Assembly (NCBI RefSeq): GCF_001941975.2
Contig: NZ_CP146991.1
Location: forward strand, 1,504,524 to 1,536,523
DNA from: Sporomusa sphaeroides DSM 2875
GTDB lineage: Bacteria; Bacillota; Negativicutes; Sporomusales; Sporomusaceae
Direction of reading: 5' to 3'
Length of the DNA: 32,000 bases
Below, piece after piece: positions 9,092 to 18,708 of this stretch (positions within the stretch are counted from its first letter, which is position 1; each line of letters opens with the position of its first letter). A program made the position numbers and the translations under genes. The notes under the pieces were generated by a model that saw only the letters and a list, made by a program, of their open reading frames with translations, did no database searches and was not told the DNA's origin.

Positions 9092-11404
9092 ATGATGCAA
9101 GTTAAGGCAGCTTTGTTAGGGGCAGTGTTGAGTCTTTGCCTCAGCAACACTGCGCAGGCTGCACCTGCTGTGGCGGAAATGCAACCTTCGCTGGCGTTGC
9201 TGAGGCAAAATTATGAAGAACAGCAAGGAAACTGGCAGGTAGCGCAGGATTATGCGGTGGCATTGGCGCGGGATGGACAGTATGGGCTGGCACTGGCTAT
9301 ATTCGAAACGTTGTCAGAATATGCCGGTGTGCAGAAAACCATGTGGTTTGATTATGCTGTTGTTGCTTGCTGGGCCGGGGATTATGCAACTGCCGTTCGG
9401 ATTTATGAAAACCAATTACTGCATATGTCGCAAGCTGTTCCCGATTATGTAAGAGTCAATGTGGCCAGCGCTTATTTTAAACTTGAACGCTATAATGAGG
9501 CATGGCAGTTATACCACCGATTAGTTCAAGACGGAAATCAGAAGGTCAGGCTCTGGGAAGCAGAAAGTCTGGCTTATATGGGTAAAAATGAGGAAGCCGA
9601 TATAGTTTATGAGACCTTGCTGACAGAACAGCCTGACAATCTGGAGGTCTATAGCGGCAAAGCCAGACTGCTGTTTTTGCGCGGTGATGCGATTGGCGCG
9701 GTTGCGGTTATTGATAAAGCCCTGGCGCTGATCGCCCGGAGCAAGGAAAAGTATCCGGTGCAATCACTGTTGTCACTGCGGGGGGAAATGGCGGCACAAT
9801 GTATCAGAAATGAGGAGTACTATCATGGAATAGTACTTCTGCGTCCGACGATTCAGGATGGTTCGGCTACCATTCAAATGCAGTGTGATTATATTTTGGC
9901 GTTATTCCTAAACGGCGATTATAAAACGGCGATTACCGAAGCAGAGCGTCTATGGCCAGATTATCGCAGTATTCCCGTATATGGACGGCGGGCGTTAGCC
10001 GACGCTTATTTGCGGTATAACCTGCCCCAACAAGCTATCGGTGTTTATCGCAGTATCTGGGATGATGAAGAATCACTGTTAAGTGACAAACATAGCTTGG
10101 CCTATTCGTATTTATTGTCAGGGAAAAATAAGAGAACCGGCATGGAATTATACACTGAAATTATTAATACAGGCATTGAGCAAGCCATGAATGTTGCTTA
10201 TGATGCTAATCGTTTCTTTGAAATGGGACGATATGAAGCGGGAAAAAATCTGTATCACACAATCATCAATACGTACCCGGAAAATGTAATAATTCGCCAG
10301 CGTTTTGCAGTTGCTCTTTATAATAGTGGGCTGCTCCGGGAAGCCTGCGAGCAATATGAAGCCTTGGCGGCGTTGCCGGCTGCGCAGCCTGTAGCTGCCG
10401 GCGGTATTATAAATTCAGCGGTTACTGTCGGTGACTATCGTGCTGCCAGAAGCGCGCTCGAAAAGCTAAATGGTGAATATAGCACCAACCCGGTTGTGGC
10501 TCAGGCGGCAGGCCGGTTTGACCGGCGCCTGCAGGGTGATATGTATTCTGCTTTTTCCAGCAGTAGTGATTATAAAGGCAATGAGGTTCGCACCGGTCAA
10601 ATCATTGGTGAACAGCGGCTTGGCGATCGTTTCTTTGCATTGGCCGGAGTGGCTGCCAGCCGGATTTCTGATAATGATGGCGCAGATACCCTGAAAACCT
10701 TTTCTGTCGGTGGACGATATGTTGATATGAAACACACCGCGCAGCTGTGGCTGGATCAAAGCCGCAATCACGGGACACTTAATGGTTACCGTTTTGCTGG
10801 CAGTTACTATTTTGGTGAACAAAGCTGGTTGGATTTTGCCATCAATCGTGTACCGGTAGCTGATGTGCAGGCATTGGCAGACCGGATTATGCTGACAGAA
10901 TACCAGCTAGGGTTTACCCGTCAAATAGGTACCCGGGATATCGCTGGCATTACGGCAACTACTGCGAATTACAGTGACAGCAATCTCCGCAACGGGTTTA
11001 GTCTGGACTGGGAACATATCATGATTAATAATGCACAAAAAACGCTGAGCTGGTTTAGTTATTTTGGCAGGGATAATTATAAAAAGCAGGAGATCAATGG
11101 TGTTGAACCTGTCTATGAAAGTCCGGAGACACGGGAAAGTTATGGGGCAGGCTTGCGCCAGCGTTGGCATTACCCTAAGCATTATTGGGAAACCTCGCTG
11201 GATTTGGGCTGGGGACGCGACCGGCCGGAGCCTATAGATTTTAATCCTGCTGTTCGTTTGGAGTATGGTTGTACATTTTCGCGTAATCAAGCATTAGTGA
11301 TTGGTGCCGGCTACGGCTTACGCACCGGTTACTCAACAAGTACAGGGGGAAAGCCCCAATTTGCTGATCGACAATTTGATGTTAGTTACTATTTCACGTG
11401 GTAG
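9092..11404 (+). CDS. pgaA: PgaA-like PNAG export porin (N-terminal TPR domain plus C-terminal outer-membrane beta-barrel)
   Basis: Starting at ATG 9092 (GGGAG RBS 6 nt upstream) gives the signal peptide MMQVKAALLGAVLSLCLSNTAQA. A TPR-like helical-repeat region follows. The C-terminal ~270 aa has alternating beta-strand character and ends in YYFTW, an OMP-type aromatic terminus. It is the first gene of a pgaB-pgaC-pgaD set. The track start at 8990 adds 34 residues with no RBS. Confidence 0.8.
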   Translation: MMQVKAALLGAVLSLCLSNTAQAAPAVAEMQPSLALLRQNYEEQQGNWQVAQDYAVALARDGQYGLALAIFETLSEYAGVQKTMWFDYAVVACWAGDYATAVRIYENQLLHMSQAVPDYVRVNVASAYFKLERYNEAWQLYHRLVQDGNQKVRLWEAESLAYMGKNEEADIVYETLLTEQPDNLEVYSGKARLLFLRGDAIGAVAVIDKALALIARSKEKYPVQSLLSLRGEMAAQCIRNEEYYHGIVLLRPTIQDGSATIQMQCDYILALFLNGDYKTAITEAERLWPDYRSIPVYGRRALADAYLRYNLPQQAIGVYRSIWDDEESLLSDKHSLAYSYLLSGKNKRTGMELYTEIINTGIEQAMNVAYDANRFFEMGRYEAGKNLYHTIINTYPENVIIRQRFAVALYNSGLLREACEQYEALAALPAAQPVAAGGIINSAVTVGDYRAARSALEKLNGEYSTNPVVAQAAGRFDRRLQGDMYSAFSSSSDYKGNEVRTGQIIGEQRLGDRFFALAGVAASRISDNDGADTLKTFSVGGRYVDMKHTAQLWLDQSRNHGTLNGYRFAGSYYFGEQSWLDFAINRVPVADVQALADRIMLTEYQLGFTRQIGTRDIAGITATTANYSDSNLRNGFSLDWEHIMINNAQKTLSWFSYFGRDNYKKQEINGVEPVYESPETRESYGAGLRQRWHYPKHYWETSLDLGWGRDRPEPIDFNPAVRLEYGCTFSRNQALVIGAGYGLRTGYSTSTGGKPQFADRQFDVSYYFTW

Positions 11405-11422
11405 TTAGGAGGTTTATTTTGG

Positions 11423-13264
11423 ATGAACAGAAAAGTGTGGATATCTCTGTTATGCCTGCTGGGAGTATTATTTTCTGTTAGTTTACCGGCTGCGGCAAAC
11501 GATGTTCTTATTTTATGCTATCACGATGTTGCTGAAAAGCCAGGCAATAATATTTATACTGTAACGCCTGCTGCCTTGAGAAGCCATTTGGATTACTTGA
11601 AGGAAAATGGCTATACACCTATTTCGCTTGAAGACTATATTGCAGCATCAAAGGGGGAAGATAAGCTGCCGGCTAAGCCGGTGATGCTAACCTTTGATGA
11701 CGGGTACCAGTCCTTTTATACAAAAGTATTTCCTTTACTGAAAGAATATAATTATCCGGGGATGATGGCCATTGTAACATCATGGCTGGATTACGCCCCT
11801 GCCGATCTGGGACCGCTGCTGACCTGGCAGCAAATTCGGGAGATGGAATCTTCCGGTTTGATTACTATTGCGTCCCATTCTCATGCGGCACATCGTTTTA
11901 CTGTCACTACACCCCAAGGCGACCGGGGACCGCTATTCGGTAGTTTGCAATATAAAGAGGGAAAATACGAATCGGTTGCCGACTACCGGCAACGGGTAAT
12001 GAGTGATTTTGCGGCAACGCAAGCAGTGTTGACAAGAGAATTGGGACATAAAGCCCAAGCGCTGGTTTGGCCTTTTGGGGCCTACACCCAATTAGCTATT
12101 GAGGATGCTTTCGCGGCAGGCTTCGAAGCCTGCTTTGCCTTGGATGACGGGGTTAACCGTCCCGGAAAACAGGCGCTGAAAGAAGCCAATCGTATCATCA
12201 TAACGAATAACCCGTCCAAGAAAAGGTTTGCTCAATTAGTTAACACAATCGGCAAGGCACCGGTCAAAGCCGCACAACTGGATCTCGACAAAATTTATGA
12301 TCCGGATAGTACCGAACAAACGGAAGAAAATCTAAATTTGGCCATTGACCGCCTCCTGGCTTCCGGTACGAATACCGTTTACCTGCAAGCCTTCAGTGAT
12401 GAGAATGGAACAGGCAATATAGAAAGTGTATATTTTTACACCACGACAGCTCCGGTCAGGGCCGATATTTTTAACCATGTGATTGCACGCTTGCGGGCAG
12501 AAGGCAAATTTACAATTTATGCATGGCTGCCGACACTGGCGGCGCAATGGATTATTGATGAGAATCCGGAAACTGCGGTTGTGGCCTGTGAAGCAAAAAA
12601 TCTGGGCTGGTATCGCCGGGCAACTCCTTTTAGCCCGGAAGTGAGTGACCGCCTGACAGCGATGGTTACTGATCTTGTGAAATACAATGATATCAATGGC
12701 ATACTGTTTCAGGATGATGTATATCTTAATGATTTTGAGGATTTCTCACCCGCAGCCAGGCAAGTATTTAAAACTGAGACAGGTTTGGAGCTTACTCCCG
12801 AATTATTGAAAGCTGACCCGGAATTAAATGACCGCTGGATAAAAATGAAAACTAATGCGCTTACCGGTCTGACGGTAAAACTACAGGCTGCAGCGAAAGA
12901 ATACCGGACTAATCTTGGCAGTGCCCGCAATATTTACCCTATCCTTATTACTGAGCCCGCAGCTGAAACGTGGCTGGGTCAAAATTACGGGCAATATCTG
13001 GATACCTATGATTATACGGTGATTATGGCCTATCCCTATTTAGAAAAAGAATATGAGGATCCGGTTGGCTGGCTGGAAGAATTAGCAACAGCTGCATTAA
13101 AGAATCCGCAGAATGCGCAAAAAACCGTGTTTAAATTGCAAACTTATGATTGGAATAAAAACCGCTGGCTAAGCGCAGATGAAATAAATCGCTTTACCAA
13201 TGCGCTGAAGAAAAAAGGCGCTATTCATATTGCATACTACCCGGAGAATGTTTTTTCGGAATAA
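11423..13264 (+). CDS. pgaB: Poly-beta-1,6-N-acetyl-D-glucosamine N-deacetylase PgaB (CE4 deacetylase plus C-terminal glycoside-hydrolase-like domain)
   Basis: Signal peptide, then CE4 motifs (LCYHDV, LTFDDGYQSFYTKVFPLLKEY, SHSHAAH, WPFG), then a ~300-aa C-terminal domain as in PgaB. AGGAGG RBS. Confidence 0.9.
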   Translation: MNRKVWISLLCLLGVLFSVSLPAAANDVLILCYHDVAEKPGNNIYTVTPAALRSHLDYLKENGYTPISLEDYIAASKGEDKLPAKPVMLTFDDGYQSFYTKVFPLLKEYNYPGMMAIVTSWLDYAPADLGPLLTWQQIREMESSGLITIASHSHAAHRFTVTTPQGDRGPLFGSLQYKEGKYESVADYRQRVMSDFAATQAVLTRELGHKAQALVWPFGAYTQLAIEDAFAAGFEACFALDDGVNRPGKQALKEANRIIITNNPSKKRFAQLVNTIGKAPVKAAQLDLDKIYDPDSTEQTEENLNLAIDRLLASGTNTVYLQAFSDENGTGNIESVYFYTTTAPVRADIFNHVIARLRAEGKFTIYAWLPTLAAQWIIDENPETAVVACEAKNLGWYRRATPFSPEVSDRLTAMVTDLVKYNDINGILFQDDVYLNDFEDFSPAARQVFKTETGLELTPELLKADPELNDRWIKMKTNALTGLTVKLQAAAKEYRTNLGSARNIYPILITEPAAETWLGQNYGQYLDTYDYTVIMAYPYLEKEYEDPVGWLEELATAALKNPQNAQKTVFKLQTYDWNKNRWLSADEINRFTNALKKKGAIHIAYYPENVFSE

Positions 13265-13287
13265 TTTAAACCAGGGGGTGAAACAGG

Positions 13288-14532
13288 GTGGAAACATATA
13301 GCTGGCTTGAGTTTTTAGAGAACTATGTTTTCTATTACCCACTGGCAATGAGTATTGTCTGGATGATGGGCGCATCGTATTTTTATTTGCGGCGGGAGCG
13401 AGGAGAAAAACAGGTACCGGAGTTAAAAGAATATCCGCTGGTATCGGTGTTGATTCCTGCCCGCAATGAAGAAGACGCTATCCGCAGCACGGTCGAAGCC
13501 GTACTTACTTCTGAATATCCTAATTTTGAAATTATCGTTCTTGATGATGCAAGTACAGATTCTACCGCAGCTATTATCCAGGAAATTGAAGCTAACGAGG
13601 AACGAGTACGGGTGTTATTGTTAAATAAAAATGTAGGTAAACCGTCGGCGCTGCGTTATGGGGCGTTGGCCAGCAGAGGGGATATCCTGCTTTGCATTGA
13701 TGCGGATGCGTATCTTGATCCATGGGCGATGCACTGGATGGTCAGTCATTTTAATGGTCCCCGCGTGGGGGCGGTTACCGGTAATCCCCGGGTGAGAAAC
13801 CGTACATCCCTGTTGGCGAAAATTCAGGTGGGTGAATACTCCTCAATCATCGGGATGATTAAACGCACCCAACGGATTTTAGGCAAAGTGTTGACTGTAT
13901 CTGGCGTAATTGCTGCTTTCCGTAAGCAAGCTATTTTTGACGCCGGTTTATGGGATACCGACATGATTACTGATGATATTAATATTACGTGGAAACTGGA
14001 AAAACGATTCTGGGATATCCGTTATGAACCGAATGCGTTGTGTTGGATTTTAGTGCCAGAGACGGTCAGCGGCTTGTGGCGGCAGAGAGTCAGATGGGCA
14101 CAAGGCGGTGTAGAGGTTGTCCGCCGGCACCGCGATATTTGGAAAAGCTGGAAACAACGCCGTTTATGGCCGGTATATCTAGAGTATGTGTTATCCATCA
14201 TCTGGTCATATGTTTTTATTTTACTGGGGATTGTCGGACTTGTTAACTTAACTTATCCAACCGGCTTGCCGGAGGTGCGTATTTTTCCGGAATGGAAAGG
14301 TTCGATGCTTGCTTTTATATGTCTGCTGCAGTTTCTCATCGGTTTAACTATTGACCAAAAATATGAGAAATCTATTCCGGGCTATTTGTTTTGGGTTATT
14401 TGGTATCCCTTTGCCTATTGGCTATTGACGGCTTTGGCTACCGTATATGCAGCACCACGGGCATTATTCCGAAAAATGGGACAGCCAGCTGTCTGGACCA
14501 GTCCTGACAGGGGGATATTCACCAAATTATAA
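13288..14532 (+). CDS. pgaC: Poly-beta-1,6-N-acetyl-D-glucosamine synthase PgaC (GT2)
   Basis: GT2 hallmarks are present: VLIPARNEE, VLDDASTD, IDADA, GNPRVRN and the processive-synthase motif QRVRWAQG. TM helices flank the catalytic domain. GTG start with a GGGGGTG RBS. Confidence 0.9.
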   Translation: METYSWLEFLENYVFYYPLAMSIVWMMGASYFYLRRERGEKQVPELKEYPLVSVLIPARNEEDAIRSTVEAVLTSEYPNFEIIVLDDASTDSTAAIIQEIEANEERVRVLLLNKNVGKPSALRYGALASRGDILLCIDADAYLDPWAMHWMVSHFNGPRVGAVTGNPRVRNRTSLLAKIQVGEYSSIIGMIKRTQRILGKVLTVSGVIAAFRKQAIFDAGLWDTDMITDDINITWKLEKRFWDIRYEPNALCWILVPETVSGLWRQRVRWAQGGVEVVRRHRDIWKSWKQRRLWPVYLEYVLSIIWSYVFILLGIVGLVNLTYPTGLPEVRIFPEWKGSMLAFICLLQFLIGLTIDQKYEKSIPGYLFWVIWYPFAYWLLTALATVYAAPRALFRKMGQPAVWTSPDRGIFTKL

Positions 14533-14560
14533 TGCGCATTCATGCGAAAGGAGGGAGCTT

Positions 14561-15277
14561 TTGAACACCAGTGACAATTTGTACCGGATTTTAGGCAGCA
14601 AGCTTATGGCTATTATTGCAGGTCTTCTATTAGTGGTCATTGTGCTGTATCTTAGCTATGTCTTTGGGTACATTCAGGCCCCTGAACAGTTGTTAATCAA
14701 GAATATAGCAGTATTCTTTGTTATAATAAGTGCAATTGTAATTATTACCGGGTTGCTTTTTTATAACATTACACAAATGATTTTCTTAACTAAAGCTCGA
14801 GAAACTGAAGAAGCTGCTGCGTTGGAAACCCAACTGGTAATTAATCAACCGATTTTGCAGAAGCCGATTATCCGCGGCTTAGAGGTATTGGCTTCGGCTT
14901 CGATCTGGGTTGTTTTTTTATACTTTTTTCAAACATTCCTTTCGGCGGTTGTTTGGATCTTAGGTGGACGCTCCTTGTACGCCAAGCTTTTTTCACCGGA
15001 CATTATTGAAGGCACAGAAAATATGTTGTTTCTGGTTTTTGTCTTTGCATTAGCGATGTTTTTGGTCATGCTGGCTTGGGCTAACTGGAATTACCGGAGG
15101 TATGGGCGTTTGGAGCGTCGTAAACCGCGTCCGCCCATACCGTCCAATATTATTGCCAGCTATTATGATATTCCGGAACAAATGGTGTTTACTGTCCAAG
15201 ATATGAAGATTGCAAGAATCAGTCCGTTAGATAGCGGGTTAAATATGGAAGTAGTAAAAAAACTGGTCAAAAATTAG
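14561..15277 (+). CDS. pgaD: PgaD-like PNAG synthesis accessory membrane protein
   Basis: It lies immediately after pgaC and has several TM helices. The PgaD-like juxtamembrane motif is LAWANWNYRRYGRLERRK. The start was reassigned to TTG 14561 (AAAGGAGGG RBS 7-8 nt upstream), because the track start at 14447 would overlap the last 86 nt of pgaC. Confidence 0.65.
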   Translation: MNTSDNLYRILGSKLMAIIAGLLLVVIVLYLSYVFGYIQAPEQLLIKNIAVFFVIISAIVIITGLLFYNITQMIFLTKARETEEAAALETQLVINQPILQKPIIRGLEVLASASIWVVFLYFFQTFLSAVVWILGGRSLYAKLFSPDIIEGTENMLFLVFVFALAMFLVMLAWANWNYRRYGRLERRKPRPPIPSNIIASYYDIPEQMVFTVQDMKIARISPLDSGLNMEVVKKLVKN

Positions 15278-15414
15278 GTGATTTTTTCAAAACAACAAGG
15301 CTTACGTTATGGTCAAAGATGCGTATAGACTTTGTTGTTTTACAATTAATAAAAACTCAGGTTCTGATTTATACTAATTAAACAAGGTACTAATCTTTTG
15401 CCTGGGAGAATTTT

Positions 15415-16473
15415 ATGCCGAAAAAACCATTTGAAGATTTGACAATCGAAAAGGTTCGACGCGATGATCTTGGCAATTTAGAGAAGTTATTTACCAGTGC
15501 TTTTGCTGATGAAGTGGATATTGAACAAGTGAAACGCCGCATTCGTCGCACCAGACAATTTTATTATATTCTGAACCCGTTAAGTAAGTTTTCTCTATGG
15601 GTTAAAAACCATTTTAATATTTATGTAATAAAAATTTCCGGGGAATTAGTGGGGTTTGTCCAGGTATCTTACATCAACTCTACTCAGATGCATATTGATT
15701 ATATTGCCTTTAGCAAAGCGTACCGGGGACAGGGTCTGGGCCAGTGGGTGCTGACGATGCTGTTTTCCCAGGCGGCTGATGCTAATAATTATGATGTTAT
15801 TTTGGAAGTCCGGGTTGGCAATAGGGCCTACAACTTCTATAAACGGCTGGGCTTCCGGGAAATGACCGAGATACTGCATTACGAATTGCGTCTGGAGCCG
15901 GCCTTTGTATTGCCGCAAGTAGTGGAATTGCCGGGATTCCGTAAGCTTACCACGCGGGAACGCGGGAAATTATATCATTTATATCTGGAGTCGGTGCCTA
16001 CTACCCTGCGCCGGGTGATTAGACGGACTTACGGGGAGTTTAGCCCCAGTATGATGGTTAGGCATCTGGAATGGGCGAAAAATTATCTGATGCGTAAACA
16101 AAAGCAGGACTACGTTGTGGAACAAGACGGCAAAATCGTAGCCTGGCTGAATATGAACAGTTATTTCAAGGTCAAAAGCCATGTAATCAGTCTTACCATA
16201 CATCCGGACTATGAGCCCTTGCGCCAGGGGCTGCTCAGTAAGGCCATTCGGCTTATTGCTGAGAGCTATGGCCCGGGTGTTATCAGCACCACAATCTATA
16301 GTGACGATCCTGGCAAACAGGCTGTTTTAGAGCAACTGGGCTTCCGCAAGGAGTTGGCCTATTATCTGATGTTTCGGCCGGCGGCGGCAAAGCGCAATGA
16401 CTCAGGCAAGTCACCTGCGCACACAACGAAGCCCTGGCCTGTCAGTGGCAGGCCAGGGAAAAAACGAATATAG
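15415..16473 (+). CDS. GNAT-family N-acetyltransferase (tandem GNAT-like domains)
   Basis: 352 aa. The first domain has the acetyl-CoA binding motif YRGQGLGQWVL plus NRAYNFYKRLGF. The second half has GNAT-like strand/helix periodicity ending in LEQLGFRK. Confidence 0.75.
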   Translation: MPKKPFEDLTIEKVRRDDLGNLEKLFTSAFADEVDIEQVKRRIRRTRQFYYILNPLSKFSLWVKNHFNIYVIKISGELVGFVQVSYINSTQMHIDYIAFSKAYRGQGLGQWVLTMLFSQAADANNYDVILEVRVGNRAYNFYKRLGFREMTEILHYELRLEPAFVLPQVVELPGFRKLTTRERGKLYHLYLESVPTTLRRVIRRTYGEFSPSMMVRHLEWAKNYLMRKQKQDYVVEQDGKIVAWLNMNSYFKVKSHVISLTIHPDYEPLRQGLLSKAIRLIAESYGPGVISTTIYSDDPGKQAVLEQLGFRKELAYYLMFRPAAAKRNDSGKSPAHTTKPWPVSGRPGKKRI

Positions 16474-16538
16474 GCGGTGTAGCGCCGCTAATGCTCATAT
16501 TATGCTGCCCGACAACAGGGGAAAGGATTGACGGAGAA

Positions 16539-17357
16539 TTGCCGGAAATTCCAGAGATCGAAACAGTCAGACGTCAGCTTGAACAGTGTGTTCAGGGGAG
16601 AATAATTGATACAGTAATGATTAACCGGGAAAAATCACTTAATGTAGCTGCGGACAATTTCATTGATACCATAACCGGTCAACAAATTATCAAGGTCAGG
16701 AGACGGGCAAAACAGATTATCCTGACCTTGTCCAATGCTCATTCCCTTGTAGTACATTTTATGCTTGAAGGGTATGTGCGGATTTTTTATAGCTGGGAAA
16801 CAGTGAGTGGCCGTCCTTCGGTTGTTTTTACGTTAAACTCCGGGGATAAAATGGCTTTTTTTAAACTTACTTTAGGCTATATCCATCTGATGCCTGCTGT
16901 CAATTTTGCGGATATACCGGAATTATCCGGCCTTGGCCCGGAGCCGCTTTCGCCGGAATTTACGCCGGAAGAATTTTTAAACCTACTGTCAAAGCGTAAA
17001 GGAATGATAAAACCCCTGTTGATGGATCAGGCGTTCCTTGCCGGTATTGGCAACGTTTATTCCAATGAAACGCTGTTTTGCAGCAGGATTAGGCCTGAAC
17101 GCAAAGCTGCTGCACTCACAACAACGGAAAGAATTAACCTGTACCACTGTATTCGCGCTATTCTTACCAGAGCGATTGAACTGGGTGGGGTTAATGAAGA
17201 CAAGTTTGCCTCAGATGACACCCTGACAGGAGGGTTTGAACCCCATTTGCAGGTAGCTTATCGCACCGGCCTGCCCTGTTATGTTTGCCGCACTTCTATC
17301 GAAACCAAACGCGTTGGCGGCAGGAATGCCTTTTATTGTCCGGTGTGCCAGCGATAA
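16539..17357 (+). CDS. mutM: Formamidopyrimidine-DNA glycosylase (Fpg/MutM, Fpg/Nei family)
   Basis: With TTG at 16539 the protein begins (M)PEIPEIETVRRQL, the canonical Fpg N-terminus in which Pro2 is the catalytic nucleophile. It has an H2TH region and a C-terminal zinc finger CYVCRTSIETKRVGGRNAFYCPVCQ. The track start at 16491 would bury the catalytic proline. Confidence 0.85.
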   Translation: MPEIPEIETVRRQLEQCVQGRIIDTVMINREKSLNVAADNFIDTITGQQIIKVRRRAKQIILTLSNAHSLVVHFMLEGYVRIFYSWETVSGRPSVVFTLNSGDKMAFFKLTLGYIHLMPAVNFADIPELSGLGPEPLSPEFTPEEFLNLLSKRKGMIKPLLMDQAFLAGIGNVYSNETLFCSRIRPERKAAALTTTERINLYHCIRAILTRAIELGGVNEDKFASDDTLTGGFEPHLQVAYRTGLPCYVCRTSIETKRVGGRNAFYCPVCQR

Positions 17358-17451
17358 TTCCCGGTGGCTGTCTGTACGGTCACAAGTTTAGCTTTCAATA
17401 TATTTACCTTTTATATATAATTTGGTATAGTATACCAATAAACTATTATAA

Positions 17452-17931
17452 TTGGGTGATGATATGTTTACAGCTATGAGACGGATTGACCGGCAAGTCA
17501 GTACCGAAGAGACAATTCGAATTCTGGAAAAATGTGAATATGGTGTTTTGTCAACAGTAAACCAGGAAGGCTATTCTTATGGTGTGCCGCTTAGTTATAT
17601 TTATAAAGATGGCAGCATTTATTTCCATAGTGCCAATGATGGCTATAAACTTAAGAATATAGCCGGCAATGGCAAAGTTTCGTTTTGTGTTGTTGGCCAA
17701 AAGCAATCCATGCCGGAGAAATTCACGACAAGCTATGAAAGTGTAATTGTTTTTGGTCAAGCGACTGTGGTGCTGGGCCAGGAAAAACAGGAAGCGCTGC
17801 TTGGTCTGATAAGTAAATACGGACCAGACTATCTGGAACAGGGAAAAGAATATATCCGAAAAAGTCAAGACCGGACAACGGTAATAAAAATTACGGTGGA
17901 ACATATGACCGGTAAAGTACGACCACAGTAG
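17452..17931 (+). CDS. Pyridoxamine 5'-phosphate oxidase-like FMN-binding protein (Pyridox_ox_2 / NimA-like)
   Basis: MRRIDRQVSTEETIRILEKCEYGVLSTVNQEGYSYGVPLSYIYKDGSIYFHSA matches the usual N-terminal pattern of this family. The actual start may be ATG 17464 or 17476. Confidence 0.75.
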   Translation: MGDDMFTAMRRIDRQVSTEETIRILEKCEYGVLSTVNQEGYSYGVPLSYIYKDGSIYFHSANDGYKLKNIAGNGKVSFCVVGQKQSMPEKFTTSYESVIVFGQATVVLGQEKQEALLGLISKYGPDYLEQGKEYIRKSQDRTTVIKITVEHMTGKVRPQ

Positions 17932-17942
17932 GAGCTGTAGCA

Positions 17943-18671
17943 ATGACAGAGAATGAGCTTAGACTTGCGATATGTCAGATTGGCAGACGAATGTATGACA
18001 GTGGTTTTGTTGCGGCTAATGACGGCAATATCAGTGTGAGATTGAACACTGGCGAGTTTCTCACCACACCGACAGGGGTAAGCAAAGGCTTTATGACCCC
18101 GGATATGCTGCTGACTGTTGATCGGGAAGGCAACATCGTGGCGGCAGAGGGCAGCTGGCGGCCGTCATCAGAGCTTAAGATGCATCTTAAGGTGTATGAG
18201 GAGCGCCCGGACGTTCAGGCAGTTGTTCATGCCCACCCGCCGTATGCCACGACCTTTGCTATTGCCCGGACTCCCCTGAATAAACCGCTGATTGCGGAGG
18301 CTGTCGCTATGCTGGGGTGTGTACCGGTGGCTGAATATGGTACTCCTTCTACCCAAGAGGTGCCCAATGCGGTGGCTCCTTATTTGGAGCATTTTGATGC
18401 TGTGCTATTGGCAAACCACGGTGCGCTCGCCTGGGGAGACAGCCTGACTGCTGCTTATCACAAGCTGGAGTCGGTAGAATTTTATGCCAAAATAACCTTT
18501 TTGTCCTTACAAATGGGGAAGCCTGTGGAATTGTCGGCCACACAGATAGAAGCCTTGTACGAAATCAGAGAAAAAGCAGGAACAGCAGGACGCCATCCGG
18601 GAAAAATCTGTAGGCAAAGCTGTAATTTACAATGTGGCCGGAAGTACCCGGATAATCAAGACAGACTGTAA
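17943..18671 (+). CDS. Class II aldolase/adducin family protein (L-fuculose-phosphate aldolase-like)
   Basis: Family motifs are present: GNISVR, PTGV, the metal-binding SELKMH and VVHAHPPYAT, and LLANHGALAWG. A ~30-aa Cys-containing C-terminal tail is extra. Confidence 0.8.
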   Translation: MTENELRLAICQIGRRMYDSGFVAANDGNISVRLNTGEFLTTPTGVSKGFMTPDMLLTVDREGNIVAAEGSWRPSSELKMHLKVYEERPDVQAVVHAHPPYATTFAIARTPLNKPLIAEAVAMLGCVPVAEYGTPSTQEVPNAVAPYLEHFDAVLLANHGALAWGDSLTAAYHKLESVEFYAKITFLSLQMGKPVELSATQIEALYEIREKAGTAGRHPGKICRQSCNLQCGRKYPDNQDRL

Positions 18672-18679
18672 ACTGATTG

Positions 18680-18708
18680 TTGACAGTGCTGTGAAGTTTT
18701 AGGATAAT
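18680..18708 (+). promoter_or_regulatory. Sigma-70/SigA-type promoter (TTGACA-17 nt-GATAAT)
   Basis: Consensus -35 TTGACA at 18680-18685, an exact 17-nt spacer, and -10 GATAAT at 18703-18708. It lies ~270 nt upstream of the DUF815 gene start. Confidence 0.5.

Noticed and set aside
9252-11290. Numerous 60-130-aa ORFs inside and antisense to pgaA (for example 10466-10822 minus and 10907-11290 minus). Similar nested ORFs occur inside hrpB, citXG, pgaB and clpX.
   Set aside because: They are nested within long, well-supported genes, lack RBSs and have biased, noise-like translations.
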